Shown one piece after another: positions 48,636 to 62,758 of a stretch of DNA of 64,000 nt. This stretch comes from Ostrea edulis. Lineage: Eukaryota. A model generated the notes under the pieces. The model was not told where the DNA came from. It was given only the letters and a program-made list of their open reading frames with translations, and did not search any database. The position numbers and the translations under genes are program-made. The stretch is taken from the NCBI RefSeq assembly GCF_947568905.1, contig NC_079171.1:74276001-74340000 (forward strand), read 5' to 3'. Positions within the stretch are counted from its first letter, which is position 1, and each line of letters begins with the position of its first letter.

Positions 48636-51600
48636 TTAGCAATAAGTTTAATGCATTATATTTGATATAGGTACTTGTATTAAAGATAGTTGGAAATTTA
48701 GCGAAAAAAGTAAGATATATCCCAACTATCTAGCTCTTGAGATTTAACATATCAGTACCCATTTTGGCGAAAATGAACGAATTTTGGTCCGGATTTTGTA
48801 AAAAGAAAATGAATTCGAGTTATTAAAGGTCTATGCGTGTCTTTGATTTGATCTTTTAAATTCAATTTATCCATAAATAGTTTTATTTTGGAAAGACACA
48901 ACGTCCAAACATATCCCTGTGACTTTTAAAAACGAAAGTATAATTATTTCAATTTACCATGCGGTGGATTTTTGATCCCTCTCCATGACTCGAAAGGCAG
49001 ACACCTTCTGCATTTATTATGTGCAGATTTTTATGGCAAAGTAGGTAAAGCATTAATTGTTTGACTGGACATACTTATTAAATCGCAAAGTAAGTACCGG
49101 TTTATGAGGTTAAATGGTGGAACAGTTTGCTTCAGTTCTATACATGCGACATATTGACTTTGCGTATCGAAAACAGCCGATTTCCGCACTCATTCTTTTC
49201 AAAAATGCATATTGTTTGCAGCTAACACCCGACACCATATTGATAATGAAAGAAGATTATCAATGGATAACTGAACATGCAAAATATAAATCTGGTTGTT
49301 GCATGCAAAAGTATTTGTTTTTGCTAAAGTTTATTCATAATTTATTTAAAATCAACATATTCTGCTAAACAACTCATCTTTAGCGTATATTCATGACGTC
49401 ATAATAACACATGTTCTTTTCATTTAAGTGGGATTAGAAGAACATCCTAGGTGTGTAAATAAATAGAATAATTAAGCATAGTATGAAAGTTGAAAAAATG
49501 AGGAGAAAAATCGGCGGTATATAGCCAATAACGTCCCTTGTTCTTTCATTATTTACCACAACTGTTAAATTGTCTGCGTGCTGTATACTCTGTATTTCAG
49601 AATTATTTATCACAACACCGTTAATGCTGTTATTTGGTGTTTTTTTTAATCGCTAAGCTTTTTGCTACTAAAAGAAAAAGGAGGGCTGATAGGGGACATT
49701 TTTGTCTAATCCCCTTGTCATCGAGCATAATTTAGAAAACCATCCATTATTTTTTCATTTTAAAGATTGGTTTTGTAAATAAAATTTTAGTTCATTTGAT
49801 AAGATTATTTCCTAAATTGACTTTATTCAACACTTTAAAAAACAATTGCATTCCACAGAATCGAATGTTTTTTCAAAATCTAATAATTGTAATATTCCTT
49901 TCAAATTTTCAGTTTCACAATATGCAAAGATATATATTAGTGGTCTTGCATTTCCCCCGATATAGCGTTCTTTTTAAAAGCAGTATGGTTTTCATTAATT
50001 ATATTTGAAAAATTTCATATGGATTTTAACCAGAAAACTTTATCGAGATGATAAAGTGATTGAAATAATTTCTTTGGAATGAAAGGAGGAAATGCACTAT
50101 ATCCACACAGGGAAAAATATCCTGATCATGTTTACATGAGACGAACTACAAGGAATTCACCAAACCTGTAAACAGCATAAACAATGAGATCATATTTCTT
50201 GGACGTTGAAATAAATATATGGTCCATGAACAGCCGACGTGTCCATTTTGAAAATCAAACATATGCATTATTCCTGAGTTCTTGTATGCTAAATGCATAA
50301 TGTTAAATGTTACAGTGACTAATTGACATACAGGGCACTTGGTATATATGACATTATTGCATTGGTGTATATTGTATACATCATTTATTTGGGAAAACAT
50401 GACTTTCACTCCGTATTTGCAGTCATGTGTAGCCTTCTTCTAGTTTAAAAGAAGTTATTAATAATTTTGTACAACAGTAGACAAGTAGGCTTATATGAAT
50501 AGCTAAAATAGTGATTGTATTTAACTTTTACACAGCTTAGGGCTCTAAAACAATTAATCCAACTAATTTGCTTAAGTCCACCATATTAGTAGAATAGAAA
50601 CCTTCAATCATTGGCGAAACTAACTTAAAATTGTAAAACATGGTGTTCAGTGGTGTATCTTAAAGTCAGTCTACCCTTATTTTGCCTACTTCAGGATTCA
50701 CTCATATGTAGACTCAACACGCTCAAGAATTTATATTATACAAATGGGTTGTGGCTTATTACAGTTGTGTTCATGTGAGGCACCAGGGAAAATATCAACC
50801 TAACAGCTGAACTTTGTTCTGTGAACTGTGTTGTATAGCATTTTGTTATGTACGTGGCAATACTAAAAAGATGTGTGCAACGATATTTTCAAATCGAAAA
50901 CGTTTAAATTCACTTTTATTTAGTCAAAAATGCAGTTTTAGTAAAAATTGATCTACAAAAAATCAAGCCTCCTGCCAGATTCTAAACCGTACTGTACAGA
51001 TCAACGGTCGACGTGCTAACCTGCTGAGGTACTCGTCTAATCTAAAAAGAAAAAAAAAAGAAACAAATGTTAAATTGCTGATATTTATATGTCCATCCAT
51101 GGGTCAAAAGGAAGTTAACCATTGTGATGCTGTAGAGTACATATGTACCCCCTAATCCCGAATTCATGTTGTATTATGTATGACTGTTTGATCTGTATTA
51201 TTGATATACCAAGTATCCTGACTTACTGGATTTATCCCTTTTAAATTGCTATCTTTGGTGACGTATTCTTCAGAATACTTCGATTGCCCATTCTGATATT
51301 TTGCGAAAAAGAAAATAGAAGACTGTAATTATTTACTTGAAATTTTGAATAGGTGTACACATGTTTTCACAGCATTAACCCCAAAATTTATCAATCTATG
51401 ATACTTAAAATGAAATAGAGTAACTTCATCATTGCTTCGCTTATTACTACATCATTAACAAACAAAGGGAATCAGCTTATTTTTAGTGCAAACCATATCA
51501 AAATGCAGACACTTATTTAATATATATAGAGAGAGAGCCATATGCTCTGTACTCCACATATTGGATAGATATTCACTTGCATCATCTACTCATACATGTA

Positions 51601-52204
51601 TGTATTTACAAATGGTGAACAGGTAAAATATTTAATTACCATCTATACAGAATCTGCATATCCAGTATACAATATTGTACTTGAATACTGTACAAGCCAT
51701 TCTCAAGTTGGATGTTGTCAGTTATGAATACAGACATAATAATGAAAATCAGAATCCTGATGTTTTACCGTCATTTAAGACAATGTAGGGTATTACCTTG
51801 TGTATATGGTCGATGTAGTGAGCAGACTATTTTTTGCTGAAGGACTCTTTGAAACGTGTGATGCCTTGGACATGCTGATCCTTTGTTCTAGGTTTTGTTA
51901 CAGTCTATAGATAAATCGTCATTAAAGCCCACACATTTTCAATTGACTTTAGAGGCAAGGATTTCCGTTATTATGTCGGTCATACCATTGTCTGCCATCC
52001 ACTCTCTGGTAGATTTACATGCATGTTTGTTGTCCTTATCCTATAAAATGAATTACAAGAAAGCTAGGATCTCAAACTAGCTATTGAAACTGTAACGTTC
52101 AGGACTCCTACAACTGAGTGCCCTTAGGGACAAGTGAAAACTACCAGAATTTGAGCGATTCTCTCTACAACCGCATACATGCAAGGAATTCTAAATTAAT
52201 ATCC

Positions 52205-52350
52205 ATGCAAGGTGAAGATAACGAACAGTGATCAATCTCATAACTCCTACAAGCAATACAAAATAGATAGTTGGGCAAACACGGACCTCTGGACAGACCA
52301 GAGGTTGGATCAGGTGCCTAGGAGGAGTAAGCATCCCCTGTTGACCGGTT
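52205..52350 (-). mobile_element. Penelope-like 3'-end fragment within the transposase intron
   Basis: atgcaaggtgaagataacgaacagtgatc...cccctgttgaccgg. Confidence 0.9.
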
Positions 52351-52612
52351 GGAAGGCCTCTACCACAATTTTAATTTCATAATTCCTAGAGCAGATATTT
52401 TGACTCCTGGGGACTGCCTAAATTGACATATAGCGTTAATATGAAAAAAAAATCCAATAAAATACCTTAAATGCTATTGAAATTAAGTTGATATTTAATA
52501 GGAATAGGTTACCTGTTCTGGTATTCTAAACATCCATAAATGATTTAGTCCTTACTGCTATTGATACGCTTCACTGATATCCATGTGACAGATACGATCT
52601 GCTTAAATTTAA

Positions 52613-53060
52613 GGAGTTGTGGTGCACCAGAGGAATATTTGAAATGAACGTCAAGGGGATGACACGTATAACAAGATTTTGAAATTGAAAGCATTCAAAT
52701 TTACTTAATTTAGTCCAGAAATTCAGTTTGAGTAGAATGCAAGCTGAGAAAAATGTTAAACCCCTGCTGGACTTAAACATGCAGATATAGTTCAGTAGCA
52801 GACGTGTTAACCTACTGGACTACTCAGTCAGGCGAAATTATTTTAAATGAATAGACAATTATAGCTGGTATTTATATTTCCATCCATGTTTTAAGAGGAA
52901 GTTAGCCATTATGACAGTACTTGTAAAATTTCACTATATTACACTTGGGTACTCAGCTAGGCGAAACTGTTTTAAATGAATAGACAGATATAGCTGATAT
53001 TTATATTTCCATACATGTTTTAAGAGAACGTCAGCCATTATGATGATGTAGAATACCTCC
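52613..53060. mobile_element. Possible TTAA-targeting (Kolobok/piggyBac-like) MITE with a tRNA-like internal segment
   Basis: Flanked by TTAA (52609-52612 and 53061-53064); short GGAG(T/G)T termini; internal ~120-bp tandem duplication; decayed relative at ~50770-51140. Confidence 0.5.
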
Positions 53061-54598
53061 TTAAGTGTACATGCAGTAGCTGACAAACAAAACATTTCTA
53101 AGAATTATATTAATACCTAGTATAGCAGATATCCATTGAGGAATATCCTTCCAACAAAAGATAGACAGTTTTATTTCAGGATTCCTAGGTAGATAAATGA
53201 GTCCATCACTCCATTAAAATACATATGTTTGTTCGTCCTATATATGAAATGCCAGCCCAAACATGCACCTGCTATTTGAAAAGTGTGTTATTCTTTCCCA
53301 GTAATAAAAAAAAACAACATCCAACCAATAGCTGTTCATACTGTTGGTACTTTAGTTACCATGCATAATAAAAATTCTGAAACGATATTGTAAAATAGCT
53401 AAAACGTCTCATTTTATCCATCATTTGTATGAATGTTTTGGCTACCTAACACACTTCTTTTGGATCTTTAATGTATCCTGGTGAACGAAAAGTATGTCGT
53501 TTTCTGATGTTCCAACCGTGGTCTCGTTCACAAACACAACATTTCTAAAATTTATCCCCGTCCTTCAGAGCTTTGAGACACAACTGGATCCGCACATGAT
53601 ATAGATGAATGTATAAAATTAGTAATTCTACATTATAAAGAATTCAAAAAAGTTAAAAAGAACAATATAATGGGTTAAATATAGAAAGTGTCAGGTTCAT
53701 TTTTGTGTCTGATGAGCTGACAAGTCTTGGAAACAACGGCCTTCCAACGAAGTTCTTTCCGCCGCTTTCGAATTTGGCTGCGGGAAACGCATACACCAAT
53801 CTCTTCAAAGAGTTTTATCTGCAATACTTGTAAACTGTCACTATATTACACGTGTGTAGTCATTCCATTGTTTATGGACAATCAACTGTTCATAAACTTT
53901 AGATGCAGGGGTTTCATTGAAAACTATATCATTATGATAACCATAGAGCTTCCGAAATGTTTATTTCATATAAAACTGTTGAAACCCCTGTACAGTCCCG
54001 GAAACGTTCTACTTTACCATTAGTTTTATTCGCTCACCACAAGCTCCGGCCAGCTCAGTATATTCCGTTACGCTAGAGCTCCAATATCATCGCTGCCACA
54101 GGCTTTCAGATATGAAGCGTTGACGACATGACGTCACAGTTGCAAAAGCGCGGTAAATTATAAAGCTGATGTTTGGGGAAAAAATTATGACATTCACAGC
54201 AAAACGTACGTTTACGCGATCATTCTGTACGTAGTGGTTCCATAATATCGATATCAGTTTCCTTGCATCTAAGAGATTATCAAGTCTTAGATTATCATTT
54301 TCTTTCAAATTTCTTCAAATAAATATCCATAGACCGTTTTTAATAACGTACTATATAAATCAATGAAAGAGAAGGTAAGTAAACTAAAATACGTAAAAAT
54401 GTAGAGTCAAATTATTTGATTCAGATAAATGCAATTTCGCTAGAATCAGATAAGAGAACGTCCATTCGTATTCATTTTAAAAGAATTTGCAGGCCTATTC
54501 CTAGTAGCTGTACACGATGCCCGGTGGATTTTTAAAATCATAGTTTACGCGTTCATCTTTTGACGTCATGGATCCATATATAATTATGTGAGCGGAGC

Positions 54599-55217
54599 GT
54601 CATCGACGTAGTATATGTGAGGCGCTGTTGATAAACTTACATTTAGAAATTTGTGCACAGCAATATAAAGAAATTTAAGTATATATCCGGTGCACATTTA
54701 TGAAAATGGGCATATAGAAGGAGGGGGGGGGGGGGGTAAATTTACTCAACATCATTTAATGAACAAAAATTGCAGTCACCATTATCTATATTCTAAAACA
54801 ATTCAGCGTTTCTTCGCAGGTTGCATTTGAGATTTGAGACATATAATATAAGTACAGGTTCATACATATAGCTTTGCTTCTTAAAAAAAAGGGGGGGGGG
54901 TCGACAAGCAAAAAATGAAGAAGAGGGAGAAAAAAAAACCCACACACACTGTTACTCTTGTTGGCATGAAGCAACTTAGTGTATTGATTTTATGATATTT
55001 TTAAATTATATTGTCCATTGTATTATTTTACATGGAAGGCATATTTGTCATAAAAAGTGGAAAATATGGATACCCCAAACCCCCCCCCCCCCCTCCTCCT
55101 ATATGCCCATTTTCATAAATGTGCACCGGCTATATACGTAAATTTCTTTATATTGCTGTGCACAAATTTCTAAATGTAAGTTTATCAACGGCGCCTCACA
55201 TATACTACGTCGATGAC
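54599..55217. mobile_element. MITE/foldback element with ~140-bp near-perfect inverted arms
   Basis: gtcatcgacgtagtatatgtgaggcgc..gggcatatag..poly-G at the left and its reverse complement at 55078-55217. No TSD seen. Confidence 0.88.
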
Positions 55218-58195
55218 AATTTCATAAGAAAAAATTATTTATGTTTATATAAGAAAGAAAAGTATATTATGATTCATATGAATTTGATATCGAATTATTT
55301 TTAAGTCCCCTGTAAACTATCACCCAACACCAAAATACCCCACTGTTTGAACAAATCAAAATTTACACCCTTACAGTACATGCATAATTTGTTATATTGT
55401 AATCAATTTGTTCGTGTATATTACATATGTATTTTGTGTCCTTCAGTAAAATTCATAAAATTTAATAAAATTAGCCCTTAAATGGTCCCATCATGTCATC
55501 AAGAACCATGTTTTAAAACCCTATACAACAATATTCACACAGTTTTGTCATTTCTGTTCCTGGTGATCTATAGCAGATTTGAAATTCAAAATGACCCATT
55601 CTATTTTACATTTCTTTCTCCTTGGAAGGGGTCCAAGATCCCCTTTATACATAAAAATGTATGTGAAAAGCTTACTTTGAACATGTGTCCCTACTACAGG
55701 TATACCAAGAAAGTCAATACATATTCTATATGTATTCTATATGCATCTATGTATATCCTCTTCATTAAATTTGCCCCCATGAGGCTTTCTTCAATATGTA
55801 CTGTATGAGAAATACAGGTATCTATCAAACATATCTAATGACACTTTCAGAAAAATTATCATGTTTTATTAGCAAACACTTCACATCTTCATCATCATTA
55901 CACTATTGATAGCCTCACTGTCATATAATATGTAACAATGGAAAGGAATTTTTGTCTCTTTCTCAGCTTTCAATCCCTGTATACTCCTTACACATATTTG
56001 GAAACAGGCAAAAAATGGCAATTTTTTTCATATGTCAGGAACTGAAATGAAGAAAATTATTTGTTATGTTCAGATGTTTCAGAAATTCAGACAACTCAAA
56101 ATTCAATAAACATGTATATAGAAGTGATAACAGTGCAAAGCGATGACCAATGATACACAAATTTTAAGTTACCTTGCTGCAATAATAAATTCTAAAACTT
56201 AAGTATATATTGCTACTCTCACTATTAATGCTGTAAATGTTGGCATGCATAGACATTCCTCAGAATTAAAGATTTACCTTCAAAAATCAACAATCATGAT
56301 TTTTTACTGTTCTCAATTTAAATTAAACATTTCTATGTATTAAAGACAAGTACTAGTAGCTCATTCCAATTCGTTTCATTCAAACTGGTGGAAATCCTTC
56401 ACATCTTGTAATTCCTCGTCGGTTACCCATGAATGCTTCCCATAAATTCTCTCCTCTGTAAGATTGTGGAAGCTGGTGTGAACTCAAAATCATGGTTTGC
56501 AATTGCGATGATGTAATTTCTAAAAAAAAATATATAAACCATGTCTTATTTATATGCTCATAGTTTAGACATTTCTGATCGAATTTAAATTAAAATGTGT
56601 GGTTCAATGTTTTAAAACTGCATTAATACAAATTTAATCCGAAAACAATCTGTAACACATTACATGATGATGTATACAAATATGATGTTTACATCTGAAA
56701 GAGGAAAAATTTCTTAGCTGAATTTCCATTGGTTGACTTTAATTGCATAAATATGTAATGATTCATATTTATTACATCATGGATTTTCAGTGACAAACAT
56801 TTATCATAATGTATGAACACTTAGTGAATAATTTGTACATATATATGTACATCCTGTCCAACTGTCTCATCATAGAAATTTCACATGTTTAGTGATGCAA
56901 TTTCAGTGGTGAGAGTATATGTTTATCCCTTTCTCTGTATGTTAACATTGGGTCCTGTCATAATATAAATTCCAACTTTTATCTATCATTGAAATTATTT
57001 CATTACTACATTAGTCATATACTTTATATTTCACTTACAATTTATCTTAATTAATACTGGATTGTTAATTTCATTAAAAAACTGGCAGGTATTAAACTGA
57101 TATCTATATCAGACAGGTGTTTTAATTGATTTACACTGCATATGAATTTGTTTTCTTTGTATTTTCTTTCTTGAGACACTAACTGTGTGTATTAGTGTGT
57201 AAACACAAGGTGTGGATGTAGTAAGGTGTACAAAGTTATATATGTATGATTTAATCTAGACCATATCATGGTCATTGATACACTCATATGACTTTAAAAT
57301 CCTGTATCAGATCTACATGTTCACCGTGTTCAACAGCATGACACTGGAATAAGCATGACACACGTAATATTTATTTGAAAAATAAGTTTTGAAAGTGCAT
57401 ATCCACAATGTTAATTTGGGGGAGAGGGTGGGAGAGGAGACACTTCTCATAAAAAACTTTGCTTGCATAGATCAAGAGATTTATTGATATACATTTGAAT
57501 TACCTATAACCAAAGTAATGCGATATAGATCTAGTGATTTATATTAGCGATTCTTCAAGCACTCTCATTTTTGGAAACAATTTCAAGATTTTTTTAAAAA
57601 CGAAATTAGGTTTTTAAAAATATATTCGATAGTCAATCTTTAATATGTGCCTGTAGTATTTCACTGAAGATGTACGTACACTTAAACGTAATCAACATGT
57701 ATCACTCTCTATGTCACTACGGACAGCTGACGGACTTCCACGATATATCTGAGAAAATTCGAGTCGCTAACCTGGTTGTTTGAATGTTCTCGCTTTTTCT
57801 GGACAACGTATCCATTTGTGAAGAAGTTCCTGGTGCATCTGTCTTTCCTGGGTGGATTCCCTCTCAAATATGACAACAATACACAGAAGTGTGGCCCTGA
57901 TGCGATAAAATATCCCTCCTGTTTCCACAGACCCCTCGGCATCATCATCACTACGTCGATGACGCTCCGTTCAAAATTATAGTCCAATGTCAAGGCCAGT
58001 AGTGTCAAATTTTAATCAATCTAAACGTTACACAGAGTGTAGAAGAATTTATTTCTACTAATTCTGGAATAAATAAACCCTACGAGACCACCCTCTCTGG
58101 TATTTTAGAAAACCGAATCATACGCGTATAGTAACTTGCGTTTTTCTGCAGACGTTTGTAAAGCCTGTAACAGTGTCATTATTCGTAGGGGAAAG

Positions 58196-59920
58196 TAGTC
58201 CCGGAGAAGTTGACGCTGTACGGAGTTTGCGCTCACCCGACCTTCACCGAGTGTTCTCCGTGTGTTCACTATACGCTCTACGTGCGTTCACCGTGCGTTA
58301 TCTCTTTACAGTTTTGAACTCACCGTGCGTTCAACGTTCATAACGCATTCACTGTTTACTGATATTTGAAATTTAAAAGTGCAATGATTTATTTTCGTAG
58401 CAAAGCGAACATGAAAAAGGAACGTATGGGTAAGAGTGAAACTAAGCGTTCTTATTATATCAGAAATTTAATATATAAAGTATATATATATCGGATTATA
58501 AGCTGCGAAAAGTGAAGGAAAACTACAACTTACTCATCAATATCAAAGAATATAATAATTCATTGTTATTATCATTAAACAAACACCAGTATTGTTTGAT
58601 TAGAAAGCAATTCTAAATAATACAAAAATGTCAGAGCCTGTAGTAATGAATACAACCCTTATTCAAGTACAGGTAACGAAAAACGAGCAGCGAACACTGA
58701 TATGTGAAACAGAATGAAACAGTTTCATTAATATATACCACAAATTATCATTTTAACGTTTTCAAGTTTGGGCAAAGACACAATTTACTATATATTTGTT
58801 GGTCTCACTTCACAAGAATTGTATGTAAGTCGATTGATTCCCTTAAGATCCACTCCCATTTCTCTATTACTTAAAAAAACAATGCTATACCCCAATACAT
58901 ATTCGTGTCCGAATGTCAAATTGATTTGACAAGTATTTCTGATTATTGTGGGCCTATATTCATGACAAGCATTGCCAATGAATATATTTATTAATATCCC
59001 CAAATTTTATACTTTTGTATCGTTTGTCTCTAATATAAAGATGACATTTGTCTCGTACATTCCTGCCCTATATTTGATACACGTACATGTATAGTTCATT
59101 ACAACACATAGTTTATTCTCCGCATCAAGAATATATAGTGCACAGTCTAAATATAAATTTATGGTTACACCATTTTGATCGTACGTACATTGATTCCGAA
59201 ATTATTTCGTTGGGTCGATATCTGATACATATGTTTCCAATAAAGTGAATTACGAAAATTCTACATAGGAAAAACATTCCATACTATTTAAAAGCGTTCA
59301 TATGTCACCACGAGGCACTTGTTCTACCGTGTTGATTGTTTACTACATTTATCTTGAATCCTTTCTGGGATGATTTTCTTTAATTGCGTGTAATCCAAAC
59401 GACAACAATCATAAATTTTGAAGTCATGTTTGTGCACCTGTAAATTCCTGGCGCTAATTACTAGACTATCTTTATTGTACATGCGTTATTTATACTCATG
59501 TAATAAGAAATTATATACTATGTATCTTAAGTCAAAATATGAAATGTATGCAGTATAACGAGATGACGCACCAATATTCATGCTTTATGAAAAATTAAAG
59601 AATTCTAAATAGTATGGTATGCAACATATATGTACTTACACAAACATTAACAAACATAAGCATTTATGTATATATATATTATCTACCTGGTTATAAAGTA
59701 AGTACAATCCACGGATAAATCCGAAACATACCAACTGGATATACCACTCTGCGTTTACCGTGTGCTCACCGTTCACATTGCGTTAACTGTGCGCTCACTG
59801 GTCACCAAATTGTGCTCACATTTCGCTCTGCGTGCGTTCATCGTTCGCTCTGCGTGTGTTCATCATTTGATCTGTGTGCGTTAACCGTTCAAGCAGGACC
59901 GTGGATCATTTCAGGGACTA
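58196..59920. mobile_element. Non-autonomous TAG..CTA-terminated element (possibly Academ-derived), diverged paralog of 869-3700
   Basis: Left TAGTCCCgga (58196), right TTTCAGGGACTA (59909-59920), cgttcacc subterminal repeats at both ends, flanks aag/cag. Holds a single copy of the 65-bp unit. Confidence 0.6.
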
Positions 59921-61001
59921 CAGCATTAACTTTTATGTCGTTAGCCTGTCTCGATTTACAAAAAAAAAAATAATAATAACGTAGAATATGGTGCATATGG
60001 TATCAGCTGGTAGATAGAAGCACTATATCAAAGGTTAATGGGAAATTGATTAACATTAAACTGCATTCCATGAAGATGAATTTGTTGGGTTATTGTTTAG
60101 ACTAATGAGACATAGCATAACGTTTTTGTTAAAGCTCTAAAGCTGTTGATGTGGGGAAAACGTGAGTACTTGGGAGAAACTCATGAATAACAAATGATCG
60201 ATCAAAATACCCTATGACATACAACCACTGTCGATACTGATTATCAAACTAGTGTTCCAGTGGTGAGAAACGAGTGCATTAACCACTACGATATCCGGAC
60301 ACCCGGCCTCTATCACTTTACTCATGCAGATATTATCATTCGGCAAATTTGCAAATTAGTTACATTTAACATGATATGTTTATATTTTTAAAAATGTACC
60401 TCTCCATTGCTTGTTAGACACATACGTTTCAATTTTAAACACTTCATAAGTGATTACTGATATGTTTCATAGTTTGTAATATTTATCATTATACAATGTG
60501 GGGACCAACACGCTTCTTCGATTTCTGTAGCTATGGCGTATCCAGGTATTTGTCCGACTAGGAGATATGTTAGTCCAACTATCTATTTTGATCTTTATTA
60601 AACGCATTTGAAGTTACTATGTGTTTATTTACATATATGTTACCATTCAGAAAATTTATAAATTGGTTACATTCAACATGATATGTTTATAATTTAAAAA
60701 AGTAGATCTCCTTTGCTTGTTAGGCACATACATGCTTTTATCTTAAAGACTTCCTAAGGAATTACTTATATTTATCCAGTCATGGACCATGACGATGTGA
60801 GGCAACAAACGAGCTCTACCCTCTTCACTGTGAACTGATTTATCACCAGTCTAACATCGTCAACAAGCATTGGAGGAATCTAAATGTGTGTCACCCAGTG
60901 CTTTATGTTTCATGATCTGTAATATGTATCGATATATATTGCAGGGACCAACAAGCTTCTTCAAATATATAATTTTAGTAGCATGCTATGCGATATGATT
61001 G

Positions 61002-61070
61002 CCAACTATCTATTTTATATTGCTTATAGGAGTTATGCAATTGATCACTGTTCGTTATCTTCACCTTTCA
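61002..61070 (+). mobile_element. Penelope-like 3'-end fragment
   Basis: ccaactatctattttatattgcttataggagttatgcaattgatcactgttcgttatcttcacctttcat. Confidence 0.85.
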
Positions 61071-61794
61071 TGTATGTCCAGTGACAAAACACAGAGACTC
61101 GGTTTATGTAAACATGGTATTTTTTATGATAGTGAGCATACATGTGCTTACTAAACATATCATTCCTTTCTCTGAGCAAAAACTAAATCCCCGGATAAAG
61201 CCCACCCTGAATTTGCTACATATTCTCTTGATAATGCATTTAATTGGGTCAACTGTTTCTTAACTCACTTGTACATGCTTAGAAATGATCATCTTCTGAT
61301 GATGACGGTGGATATAAGCATTCCTTTTTCACGGGGAGAATAACATTTTGTATACAAGGCAAGCATCCGCGCTGATTTCTCTAAAATGAATATCCTGAAA
61401 CTGAACCTCCGTGGAAAATATTCTGCCCTGCCTTGTTTACTTGGTGCTTCATATCAAGTTCAATCGGTTATGCCATTCTTGATACCCCATACGTCCTTAA
61501 TGACATCATGATGATTTCACAAAAAAATTGCAAACGTTGATAGGTGAGTGACTGATACTTATCGTCTGTACACTATTGGTGCAAATAATTCGTTATTTGC
61601 AATAGGGACTTCGATTTCAATATAATTGTGTTTAGAAATAATTTTAACCAATCGGCATGATTATGTATGATATCTGTTTTGAGACAACAAATTAAGACAG
61701 TTTGACATAATCGTGAATTGATGATGTAAAGTTGATTAGATAATGTATAAATATATTAAATGTATGTACATTTGAAAAATAACAAACCCTGATG

Positions 61795-62400
61795 AATAAA
61801 ATGTGAAGATAGCAAAAATCAGTCATTTTCATAACTCCTATAAACAATTCAAGAAAGAAAGATGAGGAAACATGAACAACTTGGTATACCAGATATGAAA
61901 CCAGTTGCCTCTGAGGGGTAAGCATCCACTGTCGTGAGTATTAAAAGTATGTGTTGACCATATAAGCAGAGCTATCCGTAGTCAAAATTAGTGTGCCAAG
62001 AACGGTCAAACAATTGTTATGAAACACGTCAGACAGGATTTGACCCAATTGTATGGTGTTTTGACAAAGTAGATCGTTATAACGACCAACCAATTTGCGG
62101 AATGCTGACTTTAAGAGATATTGTTAAAATTACCGCACCATCAATTTGTTATCAGTAGCCTGCCTCGGTGTAGAAACCGACCACGAGCAGAACAAGCTCT
62201 TGCTCATCAGATCACTGGAGATATATAAACACTGAATACATATGAAGGTACAACAATATCGGAAGCTGCAATCATCACGTTTGAGTCGTCAGTTTGCCGT
62301 TAACCTTTTTGTTCAATAAAATATCCAAATATGAAGCAGAGGAGGACAACTCCGTGTTGTATTTTATAGCGAGTTTGCAGCTATATATATTGAATCAACA
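61795..62400 (-). mobile_element. Older, diverged Penelope-like RT C-terminus plus 3' UTR
   Basis: Degenerate match to 20957-21625 (gaaacacgtcagacagg..tttgaccca..agatcgttataacgacc..gaacaagctcttgc..gtcagtttgccgttaac). Confidence 0.8.
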
Positions 62401-62471
62401 CATCAATGGCAGTTATTTTTTTAATAGATAAAAGTTCGTCAATGGAAATTGAAGATATCATATGGTAATAC

Positions 62472-62758
62472 ATGAAAGGTGAAGATAACGAACAGTGATC
62501 AATCTTGCAACTCATATCAGTAATTCAAAATAGATAGTTGGGCAAACACGGACCCCTGGACACACAAGAGGTGGGGTCAGGTGCCCAGGAGGAGTAAGTA
62601 CCCCCTGTTGACCGGTCACACCCGCGGTGAGCCCTATATCCTCATCAGGTAAACGGAGTTATACGCAGTCAAAATCAACTTGTCAAGAACGGCTTAACAA
62701 TCGGTATGAAACACGTCAGACAACATTTGACCCAATGCTAGGTTGTATTGACGAACTA
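62472..62758 (-). mobile_element. Penelope-like 3'-end fragment
   Basis: atgaaaggtgaagataacgaac...gacccaatgctaggttgtattgacgaact. Confidence 0.9.

Larger units (their letters stand above)
51749..54020 (-). pseudogene. Tc1/mariner (IS630-like) transposase pseudogene with three introns
   Basis: Exon A (~53700-54020): LQIKLFEEIGVCVSRSQIRKRRKELRWKAVVSKTCQLIRHKN. Exon B (~53425-53597): VRIQLCLKALKDGDKFRNVVFVNETTV. Exon C (53117-53268, cag|..|gt): VHVWAGISYIGRTNICIF-GVMDSFIYLGIL. Exon D (51749-52040, ttttatag|): DKDNKHACKSTREWM..ENVWALM..KPRTKDQ..YIDHIHKVIP..GKTSGF*. Confidence 0.85.

Noticed and set aside
869-59920. One giant 59-kb element bounded by a perfect 12-bp TIR (TAGTCCCTGAAA / TTTCAGGGACTA)
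   Set aside because: The flanks do not match (tata versus cagc), and a nearer degenerate left end with subterminal repeats exists at 58196. Two separate copies is the simpler explanation.
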